NCBI GenBank assembly: GCA_964388245.1
Contig: CAYLZH010000001.1
Location: 774 to 64,773, forward strand
Direction: 5' to 3'
DNA from: an uncultured Bacteroidales bacterium
GTDB taxonomy: Bacteria; Bacteroidota; Bacteroidia; Bacteroidales; M50B96
Length of the DNA stretch: 64,000 bases
Positions 19,622 to 28,110 of the stretch are shown here, one piece after another (within the stretch, counting starts at the first letter, position 1; every line of letters begins with the position of its first letter). The position numbers and the translations under genes were made by a program. A model generated the notes under the pieces. That model was given only the letters and a program-made list of their open reading frames with translations, was not told the origin of the DNA and made no database searches.

Positions 19622-20902
19622 ATGCTTAAAAACAGGATTTTTTCGATTGACATAATGCGGGGCATTGGAATAATGGTTCTGATTGTAATTCACCGGATCC
19701 ATTACCATTGGTCCGGAATGTTTACAACCGAAACATTAAAACCGTACTTCTCCGGGCCGTGGATGCCATTTATTGTATTTGTAATTGTTCTTTTCTCAAT
19801 GGCAGGCATATTCTATTTTATGACAGGAATTGTCAATACTTTTGCACTGTATCAAAGGGTACAAAAGGGAAAATTACAACCAGGGAAGATTTTTATTTTA
19901 GGATTCGCCGGTGGAGCCTGGATTTTTATATTGAACTACATCCAGCGCCTTTTTTTCATGAACGGCTTTGTATTTGGTGAAGATGGAGGAGTACCAAAAT
20001 ATCCGGCAGGTTTGCTTATAGGTTTTATTCAGGATGCAGAAAATGTAACTTTCCGGTGGCAGCAGGTCACTGAACCTGGTACCTTATCCCTTATCGGATC
20101 GATAGTAATTATTGTTAGTATTGTGCTCAGTATAGTTCTAAGAGAAAAATTCCGAAACCGGATCGATCTGGTACAAATCGTACTGCTGATTCTTGCGGTA
20201 GTATCAATCGGTTTTTCACCATTTAGCAAATTTTACCTGAGGCCATATTTCGATCACTTGATGGCAGACGGTAATTATTTTCAGGCATTGCTAACTGGTC
20301 TTGTGGGTGAGGAATTTGGATTATCACCCTACCTCGGTTATGGCTTTGTTGGAGCTGCAGTTGGTATCAGCCTGGCATCGGGTGAGGACAGAAAACTATT
20401 CCACAGGAAAGGGCTGTATTCGGCTATTGCTTTAATTGTTTCAGGACTTATAATGATTTTGATATTTGACAAAACAGATGATTTTGGCCGGGGTGCCATT
20501 GGAACTGGTATATGCCTTGTCGAGCTTGGATTTTTTATTTTTCTGATTAAGTTATTGTTGAGGCTATTCGATTATATTAATGCTGAGAAACAGCGGATCA
20601 GGCAGGTAAAAACCAAAACCATCCGAAGATTTGGGATGCTTGCATTAACGGTTTATATTTTCGAACCCTTGCTTGCTGAACTATCTAAGAAAGGCATTGA
20701 TTTATTGCTTGGTCCGGAATGGAACGGGCATATTCTCTATGTTACTTTTTTTGGCATTCTTTGTTTATTACTCTGGCATTTAATTCTAAGGCAATGGGAA
20801 AAATACAAATTTGCAGGATCGCTCGAATGGTTAACAGGCATTATCCTTTTTAAACTGATTAAAAAGAAAACCGGTAAAACAAACTTTGAAGAGCTATCAT
20901 AA
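19622..20902 (+). CDS. Polytopic membrane protein, acyltransferase-3/DUF1624/DUF418-like
   Basis: I moved the start to the internal ATG at 19622 (MLKNRIFSIDIMRGIGIMVLIVIH), which removes the overlap with the upstream ligase gene. The SIDxxRG opening and about 10 TM helices fit this superfamily. Confidence 0.5.
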   Translation: MLKNRIFSIDIMRGIGIMVLIVIHRIHYHWSGMFTTETLKPYFSGPWMPFIVFVIVLFSMAGIFYFMTGIVNTFALYQRVQKGKLQPGKIFILGFAGGAWIFILNYIQRLFFMNGFVFGEDGGVPKYPAGLLIGFIQDAENVTFRWQQVTEPGTLSLIGSIVIIVSIVLSIVLREKFRNRIDLVQIVLLILAVVSIGFSPFSKFYLRPYFDHLMADGNYFQALLTGLVGEEFGLSPYLGYGFVGAAVGISLASGEDRKLFHRKGLYSAIALIVSGLIMILIFDKTDDFGRGAIGTGICLVELGFFIFLIKLLLRLFDYINAEKQRIRQVKTKTIRRFGMLALTVYIFEPLLAELSKKGIDLLLGPEWNGHILYVTFFGILCLLLWHLILRQWEKYKFAGSLEWLTGIILFKLIKKKTGKTNFEELS

Positions 20903-21080
20903 CAGGTAATGGGTAATTCCATATATTTCGAACCAATTGATTTTTGATTTGTAAAGTGTCGCTGTTTTTTATAATTTTAATATTGGAAAATTATTTAAAC
21001 AGATGTTATTTGATAATATGCATCAAACTTTTTACAAAATAGAGTTTAGTTAATGAAAACCAGGCAAAGAGGAGGAACCA

Positions 21081-21770
21081 ATGGATAATTTACTGTTGAA
21101 TTATTTTCAAACAAGAATGAACAAGGAATATGCCGGCACTTCGGAAAAAGAAGAACCGGGCCCGGTAATAACTCTGTCGCGCGATTATGGCTGTCCGGGA
21201 AAAAAGATCGCTACCTTGATCTCTGATAAGATCGATGAAAAATACGGGCAGCAATGGAAAATGATCAGCAAGGAAATTCTTGAAACACTTGCCAATGAAT
21301 TAAACCTTAATCCTTCGGTAATACAAGACTTAGCAAATTTCGAAGATCGCCGGATCTCTGATTACATAGCCCTGCTCCTTTCGAGTGATTACTATCCTGG
21401 CGAAATAAAAATAAAAAATACCATCTCGGAAATAATCCTATCGTTTGCCAATAAGGGAAATGCTATTATTGTTGGGCGGGCTGGCTTTTATATTACAAAA
21501 CACATACATCGATCATATCATATTAAACTTTACGCACCCATTGAATGGCGCATCGATTACATGAGCGAAAAAAGTGGTATATCATATCCCGATGCCATAA
21601 AGCTTGTTGAAGAAATGAATCGAAAGCGCGAACAATTTTTGAAGTTTTTTGCATCTCAAAAAAAATCTGAATTCGAATTCGATGCAACCTTTGACTGCTC
21701 ACTTTTAACCAACGAGCAGATTGTATCGAAGGTGTTATCAGATATCGAATCAAGAAATCTTGTAGTGTAA
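21081..21770 (+). CDS. Cytidylate kinase-like family protein (P-loop NMP-kinase fold, function unknown)
   Basis: VITLSRDYGCPGKKIA sits at the P-loop position. The size and the IIVGRAG motif match the 'cytidylate kinase-like family' pattern. Confidence 0.65.
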   Translation: MDNLLLNYFQTRMNKEYAGTSEKEEPGPVITLSRDYGCPGKKIATLISDKIDEKYGQQWKMISKEILETLANELNLNPSVIQDLANFEDRRISDYIALLLSSDYYPGEIKIKNTISEIILSFANKGNAIIVGRAGFYITKHIHRSYHIKLYAPIEWRIDYMSEKSGISYPDAIKLVEEMNRKREQFLKFFASQKKSEFEFDATFDCSLLTNEQIVSKVLSDIESRNLVV

Positions 21771-21906
21771 AATAAACTGATTTTTAATAAAAATTATTAA
21801 TTGATTACCGAATTGCTTTCTACCCCCTCAATTGAGACGCTCAATTCCTTTTCCCGATTCGTAAAATCTTAAAATTATCATTAAAATTGCAGCCTAAACT
21901 ATATCA

Positions 21907-23010
21907 ATGGAAGAAAAAAGAAGCTCTGCAAAAGCCAGAAACACGAGTATAGATATTGCCAAATCAGTGTCTTTTTTTGGGATGGCCATTATGGCTTACA
22001 TTTTGGCCTTTCGCGGTGGTGATGCCTTACAAAGTTTACCCATGAATGTGTTTCACGGCAAGTTTGCAGGATCGCTGATTTTCCTTTTCGGGGCATCGTA
22101 TTTTTTAATGGTAAAAAAATATATCCGTTATGGTAGCATACCGAAATTAACAAAAATCCGAAACCAGGTTATTTACAGAGGCATTTTTTATATCCTTTTA
22201 GGATCACTACTTTTTTCTTTTTGGCCCTTCGACATACTTCATTATTATGGGATTTTTATACTAATCGGAATAATTTTTATGTCGGCTCAGAAAATTGTAC
22301 TTTGGTCAATAGCACTTCTGTTAATTGCCGGTTTTGCAATTGTTTTCGGGGCTCTTGATTTTCCAGCCGATTGGTACGAGTTAACAAATGTACCAACACG
22401 ATTATTTTCTCCTCGTTTTCAGCTGTCAAATATTTTTTACCAGGGAAAGTTTTCGATTCTTCCTTATGGAGCATTCTTTATTCTTGGAATTTGGTACGGC
22501 GGTCTCACTCTTACAAAATCAGCTGTTCACTTGTTTATTTTCCGCCTCGCATTTCCGGTATTTATCATTATTGAATTAGGATCGGCAATTTTTCAGAACT
22601 ATATTCCAATGCTCAACATTGGCGATCTGGAGTGGTTAGTCCGGATACTAACATCAACACGTTCGAATCCACCATTACCTCTTTTTGTAATTTCTACACT
22701 TGCATTTTCATTCAGCCTGGTCTCAGGTTTCAATATTCTAAAAGAAAAATATGACGGTAGTACGCTCTTAAAAATATTCGAACGTGCCGGTCGTATGATC
22801 TTTACATTGTTGGTTTTTCAGGCATTAGCCGGCATAGCAGTGCAGTACATTTTCTTTGACCATACACTGCAAAGCATTGGTTTTCTTGTTACTTTCAACA
22901 TCTTGTTTGTTATACTCTCTCTTCTTATTGTGTTGTTAATATCAAGATCGAACCGGCGTGGACCGATTGAAGGATTAATGCGTAGTTTTACCGGATATAA
23001 AAAGCGATAA
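21907..23010 (+). CDS. DUF418/YeiB-like polytopic membrane protein
   Basis: Has a multi-TM profile. The C-terminal RRGPIEGLMRSFTGY resembles the YeiB-family GPxEWLWRxxTY motif. Confidence 0.55.
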   Translation: MEEKRSSAKARNTSIDIAKSVSFFGMAIMAYILAFRGGDALQSLPMNVFHGKFAGSLIFLFGASYFLMVKKYIRYGSIPKLTKIRNQVIYRGIFYILLGSLLFSFWPFDILHYYGIFILIGIIFMSAQKIVLWSIALLLIAGFAIVFGALDFPADWYELTNVPTRLFSPRFQLSNIFYQGKFSILPYGAFFILGIWYGGLTLTKSAVHLFIFRLAFPVFIIIELGSAIFQNYIPMLNIGDLEWLVRILTSTRSNPPLPLFVISTLAFSFSLVSGFNILKEKYDGSTLLKIFERAGRMIFTLLVFQALAGIAVQYIFFDHTLQSIGFLVTFNILFVILSLLIVLLISRSNRRGPIEGLMRSFTGYKKR

Positions 23011-23086
23011 TATTCCACTTTTATTGACAGATTTCTGAAACAAGATTCGAAAATTTCAGTACATGAAATATTACTATTGACAAAAC

Positions 23087-23926
23087 ATGAAAGTGGATTC
23101 AAAATTTCTCGAAAATCAAAATATTGAAATTGATTTGCTTCTCGAAGGAGTTTACCAGAAGTATGGATATGATTTCAGGAATTACGGAAAAGCACATGTC
23201 AAACGAAGGTTAATGCATCGCCTTAATCTATCAGGGTTCAATAATTTTATCGAATTGCTTAATAAAATTATGTATGATGCTTCATTTTTTGATAAGCTTT
23301 TACTCGATCTTTCAATCAATGTAACCGAAATGTTTCGGGATCCACACTTTTACCTGGCTATTCGAAAAGAAGTTATCCCTTTATTGAAAACATATCCCTT
23401 TTTAAAAATCTGGCATGCAGGATGTTCAACAGGCGAAGAGGTTTATTCAATGGCTATACTTTTAGATGAAGAGGGCTTATACGACCGTACCCAGATCTAT
23501 GCAACCGATTTTAACCAGGTTGTACTAAAAAAAGCAAAAGAAGGCATTTATCCTGTGCGCAATATTAAGGAGTATACGCAGAATTACCAGGATTCCGGAG
23601 GATTAAACTCATTCAGCAACTACTATAATGCTAGATACGATTCGGCTATCATGGATAATAACCTGAAAAGAAACATTGTTTTTGCCGATCACAACCTGGT
23701 ACAGGATGGCGTTTTTGGTGAGATGAATATGATCGTGTGCCGCAATGTATTGATATATTTCGACAGGAATCTGCAGAACCGCGTTATCAATCTTTTTAAA
23801 GAAAGCCTAATTCCGGGAGGTGTACTATGCCTTGGATCGAAAGAATCGATAAAATTTACCAATCATTACCAAAGTTTTGACCCAATTGTTGAGAAAGAGA
23901 AAATATTTAAAAAGATCTACGAATAA
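23087..23926 (+). CDS. cheR: CheR-type protein-glutamate O-methyltransferase
   Basis: TEMFRDP, IWHAGCSTGEEVYSMAILL, ATDFN and VCRNVLIYFD are hallmark CheR SAM-methyltransferase motifs. Confidence 0.85.
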   Translation: MKVDSKFLENQNIEIDLLLEGVYQKYGYDFRNYGKAHVKRRLMHRLNLSGFNNFIELLNKIMYDASFFDKLLLDLSINVTEMFRDPHFYLAIRKEVIPLLKTYPFLKIWHAGCSTGEEVYSMAILLDEEGLYDRTQIYATDFNQVVLKKAKEGIYPVRNIKEYTQNYQDSGGLNSFSNYYNARYDSAIMDNNLKRNIVFADHNLVQDGVFGEMNMIVCRNVLIYFDRNLQNRVINLFKESLIPGGVLCLGSKESIKFTNHYQSFDPIVEKEKIFKKIYE

Positions 23927-24488
23927 ACGCTATGAGGCTATTGTGATTGGTGTTTCGGCAGGGGGGATTAATGCGCTTACAAAAATAATAAGCAACATTC
24001 CCGGCTCATTTCAGTTACCTTTAATTATTGTACAACATATTAGCCCCAAATCCGAAAATTACCTGATCGATATACTTTCTAAAGCATCCGAATTAAAAGT
24101 AAAAGAAGTAGAGGAGAAAGAACCTGTTTCATCAGGAATTATCTATGTTGCCCCACCCAACTACCATGTTCTTGTCGATGATGACCGCACTATTGCACTT
24201 TCAACAGAAGACCGCATTAGTTTTGCACGCCCATCGATTGATGTCCTGTTCGAATCGGCAGCATTTGTTTATACATCGAGATTAATCGGGATAATCTTAA
24301 CCGGGGCAAATAAAGACGGGGCCATTGGTCTTAAATGGATCAAGGATTTAGGGGGTATGGTAATTGTACAAAATCCGGCCACTGCCGAAGTAAACTCTAT
24401 GCCAATTGCAGCCATACAAAACACCAATGTTGATTATATTCTGAACCTTGACGAAATCGGACCTAAAATCGTTGAATTAAGTAGCTGA
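23877..24488 (+). CDS. cheB: CheB-type methylesterase catalytic domain (no receiver domain)
   Basis: Contains AIVIGVSAGGINAL, QHISP and FARPSIDVLFESAA (Ser/His/Asp contexts). The listed ATG overlaps cheR by 50 nt, so the true start may lie further downstream. Confidence 0.8.
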   Translation: MTQLLRKRKYLKRSTNKRYEAIVIGVSAGGINALTKIISNIPGSFQLPLIIVQHISPKSENYLIDILSKASELKVKEVEEKEPVSSGIIYVAPPNYHVLVDDDRTIALSTEDRISFARPSIDVLFESAAFVYTSRLIGIILTGANKDGAIGLKWIKDLGGMVIVQNPATAEVNSMPIAAIQNTNVDYILNLDEIGPKIVELSS

Positions 24489-24496
24489 TTTTAAAA

Positions 24497-25309
24497 TTAT
24501 CCTTCTGTTATTTCCCTTTGTAAAATATCAAAAAAAACATGGTGTGCATATTTCTCTTTCCATGGAGAATGACCACACCTCGGAAGAATTATCATCCTAA
24601 AATCATTAATTAACGATGACAATGGTTTTTCAACTCCTTCCACCGGATGTGGATCGTAATCACCATGAATAGCTACAACCGGACATTTTATTCTCGCTAT
24701 TTCTTTCAATAAACCTCCTGATTTTCGAAGGATTTCTGCTTCGGTCCAAACTGATTGAAACATCTCAGGATCGTAAACTGTTTCTTCGTTATTTACGGAT
24801 TTGAGGTCATACGAATCGGCCTTTGACATAAGTTCACCAAATCGTTGAAATTGATGAGGATTGTCGTTGCCATTCCTGAGCTCCCGAATAATACTTTGAA
24901 TTTTAGTCCTGTCCTTTGCATCTAATCGATTTAACCGGATTTGAGTAAGATTTGTGTTGTACTTCTCGTCAAACGATCCTGCAGAAATTAGTATTAGCTT
25001 TTTAGCCAGATGCGGGTATTTTGCTAATACCAAAACAGCCAGCCAGGCACCCCACGAATGTCCGGCTAACACAATAGGCTGTGATATAAACGAATTCAAT
25101 TGATCATGAACTTCATCGATTAATCCATCAATCGATAATTTTGTTTGAACAAGCTCAAGAATCCCACATTTATCAGCCAATTCTTTTGCTACAGGCATCA
25201 AGTCGCCTTTTGCTCCCGGGCCTCCATGTAGCAGGGCTGCCAAATAGGGTTCTTTGCCATATTTTCTGACTGTTGCTATCATTATTTTACTTTTCTTTAT
25301 CAGCAACAA
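24497..25309 (-). CDS. Alpha/beta-fold hydrolase
   Basis: Has the nucleophile elbow GHSWGAW, HGGPG near the N-terminus and a C-terminal CGHSPW His motif. Confidence 0.75.
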   Translation of the reverse strand: MLLIKKSKIMIATVRKYGKEPYLAALLHGGPGAKGDLMPVAKELADKCGILELVQTKLSIDGLIDEVHDQLNSFISQPIVLAGHSWGAWLAVLVLAKYPHLAKKLILISAGSFDEKYNTNLTQIRLNRLDAKDRTKIQSIIRELRNGNDNPHQFQRFGELMSKADSYDLKSVNNEETVYDPEMFQSVWTEAEILRKSGGLLKEIARIKCPVVAIHGDYDPHPVEGVEKPLSSLINDFRMIILPRCGHSPWKEKYAHHVFFDILQREITEG

Positions 25310-25358
25310 AATTATGTTTTTAAAAGATTCAAATAATTAATTATAAATTGATCCGGAT

Positions 25359-25958
25359 ATGAATATCTGTGTCTTTTGTTCGTCGAGCAATGCACTCGAC
25401 AAAATCTACTTCGAAGCCGCACGGCAACTTGGAGGACTAATGGCCGCGAGGCATCATGATTTAATTTATGGTGGATCGAATGTAGGTTTGATGAATGAGC
25501 TTGCAAATACACTTAAAACCCGTGGAAGAAGCGTCACAGGCGTTATTCCGGAGCTGATCAGGGACAAGGGCTTGTCGCATGCAAATATCGATGAACTAAT
25601 TATAACCCCCGACATGACCGACCGCAAAAAAACCATGGCCCGTTTGTCTGATGCATTTATCGCCATGCCCGGAGGATTTGGTACCCTTGAAGAAACTCTT
25701 GAAATTATCACCCTGAAACAATTACAGGTTCACAACAAGCCTGTTGTTTTTTTAAATACAGATGGTTTTTATGATAAACTAATGGCGTTTTTCGAAGTAT
25801 TTTACAGTAATTATTTTGCTAAAAGAGATTATCGCGAATATTATTACCTGGCCAACACCCCTGATGATGCAATAAATTACATCGAAAATTATTCGGCTCC
25901 TGATTTTAAAGATAAATGGTACTGGGTTGGAGCAGATGAATTCAGGAAAAACGAATAA
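25359..25958 (+). CDS. LOG-family (TIGR00730) nucleotide 5'-monophosphate nucleosidase
   Basis: Contains the LOG signatures GGSNVGLMNELA and PGGFGTLEE. Confidence 0.85.
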   Translation: MNICVFCSSSNALDKIYFEAARQLGGLMAARHHDLIYGGSNVGLMNELANTLKTRGRSVTGVIPELIRDKGLSHANIDELIITPDMTDRKKTMARLSDAFIAMPGGFGTLEETLEIITLKQLQVHNKPVVFLNTDGFYDKLMAFFEVFYSNYFAKRDYREYYYLANTPDDAINYIENYSAPDFKDKWYWVGADEFRKNE

Positions 25959-26017
25959 TATTTTCTCATAATTCTTTTATACCTGAAATTATAAAACCGA
26001 TTACTTCCGGCGGCTAA

Positions 26018-27334
26018 TTACTGTGCAATAGTTTCTTTTTTAAAGACAAATCCAAATTTTTCCATTTCTGCTAAGATGGGCTCGTACATGTCTTTTGTTT
26101 TGGGCATCCAAACACCGCTGGCTTTAATTTTTCCTTCGATAATTAATCGTGCTGCAATTGCTGGTGGCAGCGATACAGCACTGGCCATGGCAGAGTCGCC
26201 AAAGGGGATTCCTTCGTTCAACATGCTGGCAATGCGCTTTTCTTTTCTGTCGGGAAATTCAACCCACATCACGTTATGAACAATTATCATATCTTTTTCA
26301 TAGGGCTCATACGACATCTTTTTCAACATAAGGTCAACAAGCAGGTTCGAATTAGTACCATATTTTAACGAAACCGGAACCTCTTCGAAAAATCCAAGCC
26401 AATCCAGCTTTTTAACAAAATCGTCCTTGATATCCAGATTCGACCAACCGGCAAATTTTTCTTTAATATTTTCTGATGATGATGCGCCAATCAGATCAGC
26501 GATATACCCGGCATAGGTCATGTTTTCGAAATTCCGTTCTTTGGTGTTTTCTATAAGTTTGGTGTTCAGAAGTTGTGAAATGGTATTGCAATATCCAATA
26601 AACCGCAGCAATCCTTTGAAAATTGAAATATTCCTGTCGAGGCCAAATTCGTCAAGGTAACGAGTGCTGTCGTTACTCGGATAGGTTTCGAATGTGCCTA
26701 TTCCATGGATATCAAGCAATTTATGATGTTCAAATTTTTTCAGTACATCAATTTCTTTTCCCGCAACCTGGTATTTCGCCGGCGAAACAGCAGATCGCAT
26801 CAATCCGTTTGGATCCCATGAGAACTTATAATTAAACGGATTCCGGTTATGTTCGAAAGAGGGAAGTCCGGCTCCATACGAATCGATTTTAGTAATTTTT
26901 CCACCGCCTGCATGTACTTCATCAATCATTTGCTTTAGTCCCATGTTATCGAGGCCGGGATCTTCGCCAAGTTCTGTCATGATAAGCGTATCCTGCTTTT
27001 TGGCTTCTTCATCGAAACAAGCAATGCCAGGATGCTTAAAATCGGTTGTAATCATGTTTGTTTTATTTTTTAAACACACTTCGGCAACCAAGGCATGACA
27101 CGACCGTGGTATCATTACAACAACTATATCAACCTCTTTTACAATTCGTTCAAGTTCATCCACCTGGTCGATTGTCCAGCTAATGGCCGTGCCAAGTGAC
27201 CGTCCTGCGATAACTTTATCTGCTTTTGATACTGTTCGCGTTGCTACAATTACTTCATATTTACAAGTGTCGATAAAATAATCAATCATTGGCTTTACTA
27301 CATAACCTGCTCCTAAAACTGCTACTTTTCCCAT
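26018..27334 (-). CDS. Saccharopine dehydrogenase family oxidoreductase
   Basis: Has an N-terminal Rossmann motif (VAVLGAGYVVKP). The length of ~440 aa and the FSWDPNGLMR region are typical of saccharopine reductase-like enzymes. Confidence 0.75.
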   Translation of the reverse strand: MGKVAVLGAGYVVKPMIDYFIDTCKYEVIVATRTVSKADKVIAGRSLGTAISWTIDQVDELERIVKEVDIVVVMIPRSCHALVAEVCLKNKTNMITTDFKHPGIACFDEEAKKQDTLIMTELGEDPGLDNMGLKQMIDEVHAGGGKITKIDSYGAGLPSFEHNRNPFNYKFSWDPNGLMRSAVSPAKYQVAGKEIDVLKKFEHHKLLDIHGIGTFETYPSNDSTRYLDEFGLDRNISIFKGLLRFIGYCNTISQLLNTKLIENTKERNFENMTYAGYIADLIGASSSENIKEKFAGWSNLDIKDDFVKKLDWLGFFEEVPVSLKYGTNSNLLVDLMLKKMSYEPYEKDMIIVHNVMWVEFPDRKEKRIASMLNEGIPFGDSAMASAVSLPPAIAARLIIEGKIKASGVWMPKTKDMYEPILAEMEKFGFVFKKETIAQ

Positions 27335-27568
27335 AGTCTAAATATTTTCTGATTGTTTAATATGCATCATCGGATGGTAAAAATAGTCGAGCTTGGGATA
27401 AAAAACAAATAATGTTCGAATATGAACACTGTGTGTAATGGTATGCAACACTTTTATTTGATTAATTAAATGTTGAATACGATGAAACATTCTGATTGGC
27501 TGTATTATATACCAAGTGGCATATAATATGTAAAACTCCGGCAGTTTATTAACCCAAAATTATTTAAT

Positions 27569-27955
27569 ATGAAAACCTTTAACAAAAAACTAAAAATTTA
27601 CCTGCTGGCCCTTGGTATTGTGTTTGGAGGTACCATTGTAGCTCAAACAACATATTCGAACATGCCACCAGAAGAAAATCCACCCTTAGCAGTTGAAAAA
27701 ATCGACAAATCATTTGATAAGCTGAAGATCTTTGCTGTAAACGGGGAATTAACAATCTCATATGAATATCCTGAAAACGGTAAAGTTAAAATCCGGATGT
27801 TCGATATTTCAGGAAAGGAAATCATGAACAAAAACATTGAAAAAAGCACCAGGAAATTCGAATTAAAACACGATGTGAAATCTTTGTCTTCCTCGATATA
27901 TATTGTTCGGATACTTCAAGACAACAAGCTCATAACAAGAAAATTATATATTTAA
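27569..27955 (+). CDS. Small secreted protein consisting largely of a T9SS type-A C-terminal sorting domain
   Basis: A signal peptide is followed by ...KIRMFDISGKEIMNK...SSSIYIVRILQDNKLITRKLYI, a CTD-like beta-sandwich pattern. Confidence 0.6.
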   Translation: MKTFNKKLKIYLLALGIVFGGTIVAQTTYSNMPPEENPPLAVEKIDKSFDKLKIFAVNGELTISYEYPENGKVKIRMFDISGKEIMNKNIEKSTRKFELKHDVKSLSSSIYIVRILQDNKLITRKLYI

Positions 27956-27992
27956 ATCCCTGTTTCTTATCAGAGACCTCTAATCGAAAAAA

Positions 27993-28030
27993 GACCTGTC
28001 GGATACTATACCGGCAGGTCGCTTTTTTTT
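27993..28030 (+). terminator. Intrinsic terminator after 27569..27955
   Basis: gacctgtcgg (27993-28002) pairs with ccggcaggtc (28011-28020) as a 10-bp stem with one G-U pair, followed by gctttttttt. Confidence 0.7.
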
Positions 28031-28110
28031 AATAGGTGTCCTTTTTTCAATTGAAATAAAATACTTTTTCTAATTTTATTGATTCGTTTTTTTAGACTAA
28101 ACATAGAATT

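Noticed and set aside
22661-22670. The sequence GTTCGAATCC looks like a tRNA T-arm.
   Set aside because: It lies inside the DUF418 CDS. No acceptor stem, anticodon arm or D-arm complementarity surrounds it.
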